A stretch of DNA of 64,000 nucleotides, taken from contig OX597822.1 in NCBI GenBank assembly GCA_951406725.2, forward strand, positions 26,970,001-27,034,000, written 5' to 3'. The notes below the pieces were generated by a model, which saw only the letters and a program-made list of their open reading frames with translations, made no database searches and was not told the DNA's origin. Positions 1 through 11,807 of this stretch are shown here, piece after piece. Position numbers and translations under genes: made by a program. Origin of the DNA: Octopus vulgaris. Lineage: Eukaryota. Position 1 is the first letter of the stretch; every line of letters begins with the position of its first letter.

Positions 1-1098
1 TTTCGAATTCCGTGACAACCTTTTCCTTGTAAAAGTTTAATAAACGTCCTCTACTAAAAAGTATTCAGTAATCCTTCAACTTAATTTAAATTGCTAAAAC
101 ACACACACACATATATATATGTATATATATATCATCAAAATAAGCAACAAGGATATCCAGAGGTAATGCAGTACGATCGTTTCATGGGACTCCATTTAAT
201 TGAACAATGCAAATATTACATTAGTTTTAAAATGTAGAGCATTGATTGTAATCCCCCCCTTTTGAATTATATAGATAATACCATACCAAATTCTGGTGCC
301 TTTAACTTAAGTACCATATTCAACTGAATCTAAATTTTACTGAACTTATATACACATATAAGTAATTGAGGATATGTTTCTTAAACATTTACAAGGAATA
401 GTTTGTCACGGACTTCGAAACTTCTGCAAAAGGTTTTACATTTTTGTAGGTTGGACTGGAGATTATGACCCGCCGAAACAACATCTGTATATTACTGCTA
501 CTTATTTTATCGAATTGCATGTCGGTTAAAAAGACAGACTTGATTTCTGCAGTCACTGAGTGAAAGACTGGGAAAGAGAATGCGAGAGAGTGAGGGGGTG
601 AGGGATGGGGCTGAAAGCTCAGATGTCGGCCAGTTTGACATGGCAATCTTCGATACTCTTATTTTAAAGGTCATTAGCAGAACATTCCTGTTGATTTTTC
701 CGCAAATGAAAATAAATTGTTCTTTTATAAGGTCAGTTTATTCAGCTGATATGAATATCACATCAGAGGTCAGTAGAAACAGGAAGCATTTAACGTCCAA
801 ACATTCAGAAGCTGCCAATATTTTATACATTTTGAGCTGGAGTCAACTTTGAAAATTATTATCTTTTCACAGACTGATAAAACAAGTATTAGCCATGTAG
901 TAAGATGAAAATAATAGACTTTTCTCCAAAACATAACAATTTTATGATCTTGTGCTGTTCTAGAAAACTGTTTATAAATATTGATACCCCCGCTTAAGTC
1001 TTGTAATTGCCGTCTGTGATATAAGTATCAGCTGAATGAGTGAATTCAATGGAATATACAAAAAAGCTACACACACACACACACACATATATATATAT

Positions 1099-1255
1099 GC
1101 GACAGGCTTCTTTCAGTTTCCGTCTTCTAAATCCACTCATAAGGCTTTGGTCGGCCCAGGGCTATAGCAGAAGACACTTGCTCAAGGTGCCACGCAGTGG
1201 GACTGAACCAGGAACCATGTGGTTGGGAAACAAGCTTCTTACCACACACCCACGC
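1099..1255 (-). mobile_element. tRNA-derived CORE-type SINE (octopus OR2-like), 5' half
   Basis: Same head as the copies at 7093, 10397, 48248, 49436 and 61497: A/B-box-like motifs followed by ccttgggcaagtgtcttc (CORE-like). Confidence 0.8.
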
Positions 1256-1467
1256 ATCGAGAAGAAGTTAGAAGTTTGGATATTTCTTTATTAGCTCTTT
1301 TATTCGTTTAAAGGAACTCTTCAAGACAAGAATTTAAATCGAAATTAGAATTTTAATTCTTTTCTTGAAGAATTAAACGAACGAAAGCGCTAATAATAAA
1401 GAATTATCCAAAATTCTGGCTACCTCCTTTTTTCCTCGATATACAATATCTGTACACCGCTTTAAAC
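1256..1467. mobile_element. Fold-back hammerhead-like element (family A)
   Basis: Imperfect inverted arms 1256-~1335 and ~1355-1440. Consensus of the two arms reads TTGAAGA-GTTC..GAAC-GAAA-GCGC-TA. The right arm has a short extra tail. Confidence 0.55.
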
Positions 1468-2020
1468 ACACACACACACACGCACACGAAATCATCGAAA
1501 TTGCTTTGTATTCTCAGTCAGAATTTGTTCTTAACGTTTCCTTGTTTCTTCTCGGCATACGAAACATGCAGGTTGGAAATAGAGGTTTGCTTCAGAAATA
1601 AAACACGTTTATAGATTTATCAGAATTGGAGACTCAAAGACGGCGAAGCTAACAAGAAACGCTTGTTGCAATCTTCTAAAAATATTTACGCGGCCAATGT
1701 TATTAACAGCTTCTGGACCAGACAATCAATAGCCTTCACGAAAGATAAACGGCTGCACATTCACACACACAAACACACACACGGATACATATACATATAC
1801 GCGTAGACTGGTGCCCACTCGCTCACAAATTTTAAAATCTAATACCACATATACACACATATGCATACACAGACTCTCATACATTAATTACATTGGGGAG
1901 GAACGTAGTGGAGGAACAGAGACGAATATATTCTTATTCACATATATTTCGCTCCGTATGTACATATTACGCTTGAACAATCGCGCGCGAGAACACACTC
2001 ACGTACACACACACACACAC

Positions 2021-2112
2021 ACACACAGTGCACAGCTTACATATATAATAGCATGAACAAAATACAACACACAGTGCACAGCTTACATATATAATAGCAT
2101 GAACAAAATACA
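2021..2112. repeat. 46-bp tandem duplication
   Basis: acacacagtgcacagcttacatatataatagcatgaacaaaataca occurs twice. Confidence 0.9.
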
Positions 2113-2159
2113 AAAATATATATGCACATACATGTATATTCATCTCCTCACGCATTAAT

Positions 2160-2869
<710 letters not shown>

Positions 2870-2870
<1 letters not shown>

Positions 2871-3335
2871 AAAAATACAAAATGGGACAAGAACGCAAAA
2901 CATTTTGATGACGACACAAAAAACACGGACATTCGAAGCCTTCAATCTTCAGTCAAGAACCGGGTCATCCTCGCAATTTCGGCTGATTAATATTGAGATT
3001 GCTCCAATGTGGCCAGCCCCAAGGAAAAACTAAACTAAGCGCATTAGATTCCTTGGACGAAAGCTTCGAATGTATACAAAACAAGGACAGAAAAACGGAC
3101 GATGTTACACGAATATGAATACAAAAATAATACGTAAAAACAATAATAAAAATATGAATAACAATAACAGGACATCACGAACATGCGTCTTTCGACTAGG
3201 ATGAATTAAGCTCAGCTGGCGTGTTAAGAAGGTGCCTTGGGGGTAGAGAAAAAAATGTTGGTGTTACCCCGACGGCTGCTATGACCCAAAAGACCCGCAG
3301 TCGGTCAGTCAGTCACGTGTGAAGATAAGAGAGAG
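2870..3335 (-). mobile_element. (TA)n-embedded interspersed repeat, unclassified (related partial copy at 12904-13022)
   Basis: Shares caaaatgggacaagaacgcaaaacat with 12904-12930. Both copies are flanked by (TA)n. Confidence 0.6.
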
Positions 3336-3336
3336 A

Positions 3337-3367
<31 letters not shown>

Positions 3368-3371
<4 letters not shown>

Positions 3372-3700
3372 AAATTAAAAAAGGAAAATACTCTTACATG
3401 GTTTTAATATAATTTTTAATATATCTACCGGTTTCGCTATCGCTATTCATGATATTATGCTTAATTTATTTGAATATATATTTTTTCTTAAGAAGAAATT
3501 TGGTCCATGTTGTGTGTGATCACACACAACATGGACCAAATTAAACATAATATCATGAATAGCGATAGCGAAACAGGTCGATATATTAAAAATTATATGA
3601 AAACCATGTAAGTGTGCGTATTTTCCTTTTTTAATTTCTTATATACATTAAAACCCACTACGTGGGGACAATCGAAATTTCTCTTTTCTGTTACTACTAC

Positions 3701-3705
<5 letters not shown>
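3368..3705. mobile_element. Fold-back hammerhead element (family B)
   Basis: Inverted arms 3368-3519 and 3520-3641 with a spacer-less palindromic centre (GATC at 3518-3521). Arm motif ATATC-ATGAATA-GC GATA GC-GAAA-CCGG-TA-GATAT. Embedded in (TA)n. Confidence 0.7.
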
Positions 3706-3752
<47 letters not shown>

Positions 3753-4329
3753 ACATACATATATATATATATATATATACATATATACATATAGATATAT
3801 ATATATACAAGCAAAACGCCCCCTGTCCAATGGACGGTGCTGCGTTGTCAAACATTTAAACCAAATTTTCTGAAAGCAACTTGTCCAACACTTTTGAGAA
3901 ACACTGATATAACCTAAATTTGAGACACCAGCAAAAGAAGAAATAAAGATGGACTTTTTTTCTATTCAAAACAAAAACGATTTTATTCACACAAATATGC
4001 AACCGAAGAGTATAAAGTACCAGTAATGATAAGGCTGTTGACTGGGAGAACACAAACATGGTTTAAACAGTAAGCTTGGCAGGAAAGAAACGCGCCTTTA
4101 AGCAGTACAAAAACAACAAAAAATGGAAGGTGCAGTTATGTACATGTTGACGGAAGAAAAGCAGGACAGAAACGACGATGCATGCGAATGGGTTAGCTGG
4201 AGGTAAATCTACATGGAAAATTACGATGAATTTATGAGAACGTACCTGGGGCAATAATAAGTTTATCCGATAAAACATGTAGGAAATCAACATGGGGCGA
4301 TTTTTGATGAGAAGCAACAACCTAGGGAA

Positions 4330-4605
4330 CGAAGTAACTAATTTTAAGCTAACTTACTTTACGGGATGTTCAAGGGCATGGAAAAGCTAGTGGTGAGCAG
4401 CCATGTAAACCACATTCTTGATGTACTTGCGCATACAAATGCACGTTCCCACGGCTTTATCGATCGCATTCTCACCTAGAATCGATGTTTGTAATTTTTT
4501 GAAGACTTATACACGCCCTGATACCGTCGGTATCTACATATCAAATTTGAGTGCAATCGGATGGAGGATGCCCGAGATCCTAGAAGACACACAGACAGAT
4601 AATAG
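4330..4605 (+). mobile_element. Possible Helentron-associated (HINE/DINE-like) non-autonomous element
   Basis: atatcaaatttgagtgcaatcgg...gagatc...acacacagacaga resembles the HINE-type motif plus microsatellite. Termini not defined. Confidence 0.3.
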
Positions 4606-4692
4606 ATATGCACACACACACACATTCGCTATGGCGGACTGCTGAAATCAACTATTTTTTTTTATTCTCTCCCCGTTTATTATCTCTTATTC

Positions 4693-4728
4693 CTTTCTGT
4701 TGAAGAGCGTAAGCTCGAAACGTAAAAG
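4693..4728 (+). ncRNA. Minimal type-I hammerhead-like motif in a PLE-type 3' repeat (element ~4630-4817)
   Basis: CTTT-CTGTTGA-A-GAGC GTAA GCTC-GAAA-CG-TA-AAAG. Homologous copy at 49766-49800. Confidence 0.65.
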
Positions 4729-4814
4729 ACTTTTTCATTTTCTCGAGCGTCAAACTAATACACTTGCTTGTTGTTCATACACCTCTCTTCGTCTTTTGCT
4801 TTTCTATAAATTCC

Positions 4815-4871
<57 letters not shown>

Positions 4872-5091
4872 CATATATATATATATATATGTATATATGA
4901 AATATATATACATGTATATGCATCTGTATGTATTATCAATATATATATATATATATAAACATAAATACATACATATATATATATACATATATATTTATAT
5001 ATACACACATGTATGTATGTATGTATGTATGTATGTATCTTTCTCTGTTTCTTTGTCTTTTTTCTCTCTCTATCCACATGTACATACATGA

Positions 5092-5138
<47 letters not shown>

Positions 5139-5267
5139 CTTGAGCTGCGATCTATGAATGAAATATATTTCTTGATAAATCTCAAGAATTCTTCTAAGTA
5201 TTTATCCGAAAAAGAGTAATAGATAAGATTCATACGCTGTGCAGTATTAATCATGTACAGCAATATG

Positions 5268-5340
<73 letters not shown>

Positions 5341-5528
5341 GTATCATTATTATAATAATACTACTACTAATAATAATAATAATAATAAACACGTAATACC
5401 ACCACATGGCCTTGGGAAATAAATATTACACAATCCTAGTTATCCTTCCTTATAAGTCGACGACCTTTGGATTACTTTATTTTACGAAAGAAATCAATAT
5501 GAATATCGTGAGTACGTACACACGTTAT

Positions 5529-5732
5529 TAATATTCTGCAGAAGTAACAAAGTGACTCAAGAGCTCAGAGTTTCGTGCGTTAGTACTTATGACACTGGTT
5601 ACAGATCGAGGTAAATGCTATTGTCACCAGTTATATAAATTTACAAACCCTCGATCTGTAACTAGTTTGATAAGTGTTAACGCACGAAACTCTCGGTCCT
5701 TGAGTCACTCTGTTGCTTCTGCTAAATATTTA
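5529..5732. mobile_element. Fold-back hammerhead-like element (family C)
   Basis: ~85-bp inverted arms around a ~33-bp spacer. Right arm TTGATAA-GTGT TAAC GCAC-GAAA at 5667-5689. Confidence 0.6.
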
Positions 5733-5844
5733 TAGGAAAATACACATTTGTTTGTAATGTACCTCTCTGTCTGGGGCGGAGAGTGTACACTCTGTGTGGT
5801 CAGTAAAAATGCTTGTCATTCGATGCACTACCTGCTAGAAATAC

Positions 5845-6422
5845 CGGCGAGCTGGCACAATCGTTAGCATGCCGGGCGAAATGCTTAGCGGTATTTCGTC
5901 TGCGTTACGTTCTGAGTTCAAATTCCGTCGAGGTCGACTTTGCCTTTCATCCTTTCGGGGTCGATAAATTAAGTACCAGTTACGAACTGGGGTCGATGTA
6001 ATCGACTTAATACCTATGTCTGTCCTTGTTTGTTCCCTCTGTGTTTAGCCCCTTGTGGGTAATAAAGAAATAGGTATTTCGTCTGCCGCTATGTTCTGAG
6101 TTCAAACTCCGCCGAGGTCGACTAAATAAGTACCAGTTACGCACCGGGGTCGATGTAATCGACTTAATCCGTTTGTTTGTCCTTGTTTGTCCTCTCTGTG
6201 TGTAGCCCCTTGTGGGAAGTAAAGAAATAAGTATTTCGTCTGCCGCTACGTTCTGAGTTCAAATTCCCCCGAGGTCGACTTTGCGTTTCATCCGTTCGGA
6301 GTCAATAAATTAAGTACCAGTTACGCACTGGGGTCGATGTAATCGACTTAATCCGTTTGTCTGTCTTTGTTTGTCCCCTCTGTGTGTAGCCCCTTGTGGG
6401 CAATAAAGAAATAAGAAATAAG
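5845..6422 (+). mobile_element. Tandem trimer of a tRNA-derived Meta-domain-like SINE with a Tx1-like tail
   Basis: One head (ggcgagctggcacaatcgttagc), then three body+tail units restarting at (g)gtatttcg at 5890, 6073 and 6231. The body gcctttcatcctttcggggtcgataaattaagtaccag resembles the MetaSINE domain. Confidence 0.85.
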
Positions 6423-7092
6423 AAACACCAAATCCCCCTCAGACCCTTTCCAGTCAAATTTCCTTCATATTGCATGTATGTGTGTATGTACGAAAGTGCG
6501 AATGTTTGCTGTGTGCGTATTCATACACACGCGTGCGTGTTTGTACGCTACCATAGGGACATCATAAATACGCTATTTAGCCTAGCATCAGATCCTGTAG
6601 CATGTTGATAATTCCCTCTGTATCCATGCGTGCCTGTGATTCAGACTTGATGATTATTGTGTGAGGTTGTAAGCCTTTCGCTTCTTAGTGGTTATTAGAG
6701 TTAACAGATTCTACTTCTCAAACTGTGCACGAAGGAGAAAAATAATTGATGAGATTATAAACCAGGCTTTGCACATGCGTAATGCACTTAACTGAACTGA
6801 ACTGAACTGTCGGTCGGTCCGTCTGTGTGCAGGAGAACGCTTAAGTTTTCCCTTGCAGCCTAAGACGAATCCGGATTGCTATTTAATTAATTATTTAATT
6901 AATTATTAGATAATGGAGTGATAAACAGAAGGACACAGCTGTTGCGTGAAAGACAAAGTTCTTTAGAACACAAAAACTCAACTTAGATAAGAACTTTAAA
7001 TTTGTTTGTACGACATTCTTAAAAATCTCTCACAATTTCCCTTCAGTTAAAATGTGTAGAACACTAAGACGGTTTAAATTACATTGCCTAAT

Positions 7093-7506
7093 ACTCTTTT
7101 ACTTGTTTCACTCATTTGACTGCGGCCATGCTGGAGCACCGCCTTTAGTCGAGCAAATCGACCCCAGGACTTATTCTTTGGAAGCCTAGTACTTATTCTA
7201 TCTGTCTCTTTTGCCGAACCGCTAAGTTACGGGGACATAAACGCACCACCATCGGTTGTCAAGCGATATTGGGGGACAAACACAGACACACAAACGTATA
7301 CACAGACACACACAGACATATATATATATATATATATATATACGATGGGCTTCTTTCAGTTTCCGTTTACAAAATCCACTCACAAGGCTTTGGCCGGCTC
7401 GAGGCTATAGTTGAAGACACTTGCCCAAGATGCCACGCAGTGGGAATGAACCCGGAACCATGTGGTTGGTAAGCAAGCTACTTGCCACACAGCCACTCCT
7501 GTGCCT
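7093..7506 (-). mobile_element. Full-length CORE-type tRNA SINE (OR2-like)
   Basis: tRNA-like head, internal (TA)n/(CA)n, and 3' tail cagcatggccgcagtcaaatga..gaaacaagtaaaaagag. Confidence 0.9.
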
Positions 7507-8097
7507 AAATAATATTTAGAATAGAAATTCTTTACATTGTTCTTTTATTCGTAACTACTTAATTATAGAATAGCGTAGGACAAGATGACATATTGGTTTA
7601 TTACTTCACTGTTATATGTTTAAACCATGCCTAGATACCAATGTGTAACGTGGCCTCTGAGTTTTGAACTATCTCGCTCCGACCTCTAGTGTAGGAACAC
7701 GGCCTAATTATATTGCCACAAGGACCAAGCATAAGAAATTAACTGTCGCGACAAAAAGTATTAATGCCTTCACGAACCCGGTTTGAGCAATCAGTACAAC
7801 TATTGCATAACCAAATAAGCAGTAGACTTGAAAGTAAGTCTAGTGAATCTTGCTGCCAAATAGTTCTGTCGAAGGTTTTAGAAGTTTGACTGAATATTAT
7901 AAAAAACTGAGATATAGAACAACTGCAGATGCTACACTCGGTCTGTGTATTTTATGATATGGTGTCCTCACTCTTTCTACTTATTCTGTCTTTAATTTTC
8001 ATATAATAACTATTTTATGTAATGAAAACTTTTAACCATCACGGTCATATATTCTGTATTATTCAAATTTTTATTTATACATATATGAATGCAAATA

Positions 8098-8870
8098 CAG
8101 TCAACTCTCGCTACTATGCCACCTCACTACTATGCCACCTCGCTACTATGCCAGTTTTAAACTGAAGCGCACGCAACTTTTCTAAATTTTGTACTCCTAC
8201 ATTTTGTACATTTCGTATTTGTAATCTTGTGGAAAAGTTCAGAAAGTAGCACACAATGTCAGCTCTGAAACGCAAGCGGACTGAGTTTACGCTGAAGGAA
8301 AAGAAGGGGATTATCGATGCTGCGATAAAACGTTATTGTCGGGCCCCTCGTATCATTAGTAATATCTGATACAAGTTACCGCCCCTTGTATTGTCCGACA
8401 TGTTTCACTCTAGAAGAAATAGCAAAGGAGGTAATGCATAACGAAGAGCCGGTGGAAAGTGAAGACGACGAGGTAATTGTGGAAGAGGAATACGTTTCGT
8501 TTGCAGATGCCCAGAGAGCATGGAGCACTATCCGAAAGTTTATGCAGCAGCAGAGCAGCGGAAAACCCAGCGTCATGCAGGCGTGTGATAGGCTAGACAA
8601 CGAAATGAATGAAATCCGCCGAAAGAAGATGCGTCAGCCGACAATTTTTGAGAGCTTCGGGATTAACTAAAAGCAATCTGAACTTAATAAACTTGGATGT
8701 CTTCTTTTTACCATTGCATTGAACTTCTTATTGGCCTTACTTCCTACCCTATGAATTTTTATTCGTATGTTCAGTAAATTTTTGGTTATGTAGTGTTTAG
8801 ATAACAGACCCTCGGTACTATGCCACTTTGGCTCAGTCCCGCAGGGTGGCATAGTAGTGAGAGTTGACTG
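8098..8870 (+). mobile_element. Internally deleted Tigger/pogo DNA transposon
   Basis: 26-bp TIRs cagtcaactctcgctactatgccacc / ggtggcatagtagtgagagttgactg with TA TSDs. Retains the N-terminal MSALKRKRTEFTLKEKKGII (from 8256) and an acidic C-terminus ending QPTIFESF (to 8670). DDE domain absent. Confidence 0.9.
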
Positions 8871-9414
8871 TATTCCGGACGATAGAGATTATGGAAACGT
8901 ATATTATTAGTCTGGTAATTTTCATATTCACACGCAGCCAACCTAATGCTATGCGCTATCAACAACGACTGAATGACCAGACTCAGTAAAGGTGAAATAA
9001 ATATATGAATAATTATTTAGGGAGTGCTTGACGGCTGTACTTCTTCCTTCTCTTCCTCTCATACGAAACTCTCAAGACAAAACCTAATGTTACGTCATCT
9101 TTACATGTCACTTTATCCGTCTGGCGTGGGTTGAATGGTTCGACAGAAATCGACGAGCCAGAGGGTTGTATCGGGCTGCAGTGCCTACTTTGACATGGCT
9201 TCTATAGCTGGATGCCCTGCCTAACACCCACCGCTTTACTGACTGCGTTGGGTGCCTTTTTTTCATGGCACCGGCATTAGTGAGGTCACCAGGTACTGAC
9301 AAGACAAGACTACTCAACCAAGTGGGGTATAGTATTGAAGCAGGTAGAAGTATAACAGAGGGACAGGAACAGGTGTCAAGCTATGCACGTGTGAAACAGT
9401 TTGTATTGAGAAAG

Positions 9415-9449
<35 letters not shown>

Positions 9450-9480
9450 CCGTTGAATTTTGTGTGGCTTTTCGAGTTAT

Positions 9481-9843
9481 GATACAGTTCTATATTTAAG
9501 AGATGAGGAATTATGTAGATTATTTACATTTGACAGATAATTGTCCTCATCTTGTTTGTTGTTAACACAACGTTTCGGCTGATATACCCTCCAGCCTTCA
9601 TCAGGTGTCTTGGGGAGATTTCGAATCTGGATTCTCATTCCCAAGGTAGTTTTCGATGTCATTATTATTATTATTATTATTCAGATCCCTGCCTGGAATC
9701 GAACTCTGAATCTTGGGGTTAGTAGCCCGCGCTCTTAACCACTACGCACGGGCATATGGCGTAGTGATTTAGAGCGCGGACTACTAACCCCAAGATTCCG
9801 AGTTCGATTCCAGACAGTGACCTCAATAATAATAATAATAATG

Positions 9844-9900
<57 letters not shown>

Positions 9901-10041
9901 TCGAAAAATACCTTAGGAATGAGAACCCAGGTTCGAAATTTCCCCAAGACACCCGATGAAGGCTGGAGGGTATATCAGCCAAAACGTTGTGTTAACAACA
10001 AACAAGATGAGGACAAATATCCGTAAAATGTAAATAATGTA
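9481..10041. mobile_element. Head-to-head inverted dimer of a tRNA-headed, hammerhead-tailed SINE-like element (family D)
   Basis: Arms 9481-9747 (-) and 9748-10041 (+). Each has an A box (TGGCGTAGTG, truncated in the left arm), B box GAGTTCGATTCC, (AAT)n and a hammerhead motif. 10-bp TSD TTCGAGTTAT at 9471-9480 and 10042-10051. Confidence 0.85.
9564..9609 (-). ncRNA. Minimal type-I hammerhead ribozyme motif with canonical core
   Basis: GACAC-CTGATGA-A-GGCTG gagggtatat CAGCC-GAAA-CG-TT-GTGTT: stem I GACAC/GTGTT, stem II GGCTG/CAGCC, GUU cleavage triplet. Confidence 0.8.
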
Positions 10042-10396
10042 TTCGAGTTATATTTTGGCTCTTATTTCTAGCAATTGTAGGTGCTACTTTGCACCCTTAT
10101 ATATATAAACTAGTGTGATATTATTAGTGGGAATTCTTACCTTCATCTCAGCAACTTTAGCTTCTGATTCTCTGCTTTTGTTCAATTTCTCCGTTATTGA
10201 ACTTCTTCGTACGTTACCAGTGATATCTGAAGAGAAAGAGATGGTTTAGATATAAGACGAAGTCATGTCGGTACACAGAAAACTTAATAATTTCATTACA
10301 TACCAATATCTTTCAAAAAAAAAAAACGAAAAACAAAAAGGAATGGCGTAACATCTCAAAGCAAAATACGAAAAATGCATTTCGGTCCTGGATTGC

Positions 10397-10810
10397 TCTT
10401 TCTCTTTTACTCTTTTACTTGTTTCAGTCATTTGACTGCGGCCATGCTGGAGCACCGCCTTTAGTCGAGCAAATCGACCCCGGGACTTATTCTTTGTAAG
10501 CCCAGTACTTATTCTATCGGTCTCTTTTGCCGAACCGCTAGCTGACAGGGACGTAAACACACCAGCATCGGTTGTCAAGCAATGCTAGAGGGACAAACAC
10601 AGACACACAAACATATACATAAACATACATACATATATATACATATATACGACAGGCTTCTTTCAGTTTCCGTCTACCAAATCCACTCACAAGGCATTGG
10701 TCGGCCCGAGGCTATAGCAGAAGACACTTGCCCAAGATGCCACGCAGTGGGACTGAACCCAGAACCATGTGGTTGGTAGGCAAGCTACTTACCACACAGC
10801 CACTCCTACG
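10397..10810 (-). mobile_element. Full-length CORE-type tRNA SINE (OR2-like)
   Basis: Near-identical to 7093-7506 and 61497-61897. Confidence 0.9.
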
Positions 10811-11014
10811 ATTATGTTCAAGCACAACTGTTATTGTTTCCTTGGAAACGTTCTGTTTGCAGATGTTATGAATGCTTATTTAGGGCTCCATATAGATTCT
10901 CTATAGCAAGACACCTGCTTCTGTTTCCCTGTCTCTCTGTCACACTCCAACCTTTCATCATCAGACACAAAAGTGCCTTTTCAAATGCAGCCGCCCCGCT
11001 CAAAATTCTTTGTC

Positions 11015-11311
11015 TTGCAAGTTACTTGGTGATCCTGCCAGTGCTGGTGTCACGTGAAAATCCTACACTGTAAAGTGGTTGGCATTTGGGAGGGCATCCA
11101 GCTGTAAAAATCATGCCAAAACTGACCTCACCTATACGAGTGCCACGTAAAAAAAAAAAAACACTGAGTTCAAATCTGCGGAGTAGGCATCCACGTGAAA
11201 AAACACTGCCAAAACAGATACAGTAGCCTGGGGTAGTCTTCTGTCTGGCCAGCTGTTGTCAACCAGCCTACCCATTCATGCATGGAAGGCGCACATTAAA
11301 CGATGATGATG
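11015..11311 (+). mobile_element. RTE-type 3' end repeat (related degenerate copies ~9105-9300 and ~32860-32920, minus strand)
   Basis: aaagtggttggcatt.ggagggcatccagctgtaaaa...cattaaacgatgatgat, ending in a short tandem-repeat tail. Confidence 0.55.
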
Positions 11312-11807
11312 ATATGTGTATATGTGTGTGTGTGTGTTTGTATGTATGTATATACATCTAAAGTTCTCCGTCATATGACGGGTACTAGGGTGTGTGTGTG
11401 TGTGTGTGTGTTGGATGGAAAGCTTTGTTATACTTGTTCCTGTCCTTTACTTTCTGAATTCAAGTCCCGTCGAGCTCAAACTTTGCCTCGGTAGAATAAA
11501 GTACCAGTCAAGTACTGGAGCCGATTATGATTCTCGTGTAAATTCGAGCCCCTGTACTAAAGTTAGAAATCATCAACACAAATTTATCATAAAAGAATAG
11601 GGGAAATTCCTCGTCTCCAGGTGCCAGTTATGAAGAGACAGAAAAATACATGAAGCTCAAAATGCCTGTTAATTAAAAGGGTGATACCCTAAGGCTCAGG
11701 CCCCGCCTGACCCTTGGTGCTAAAATCCTTTGATGTTCTACAGTACAAAACATCGACTCTTTGGCTAAATGTCCAGTACTTCTATCGATATAACCATCTG
11801 TCTATAT

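Noticed and set aside
163-210. Minus-strand ATGG-AGTC-CCAT-GAAA-CGATCG-TA, a half hammerhead
   Set aside because: No recognisable CUGANGA-like core or stem I, so too degenerate to call.
5845-6422. Repeat array resembling CRISPR or satellite DNA
   Set aside because: The units are SINE bodies with no unique spacers, and the context is eukaryotic.
9748-9823. tRNA-like sequence as a real tRNA gene (also the heads at 51735-51807 and 62935-63010)
   Set aside because: The acceptor/T stems are imperfect and each is fused to a repeat body, so they are SINE heads.
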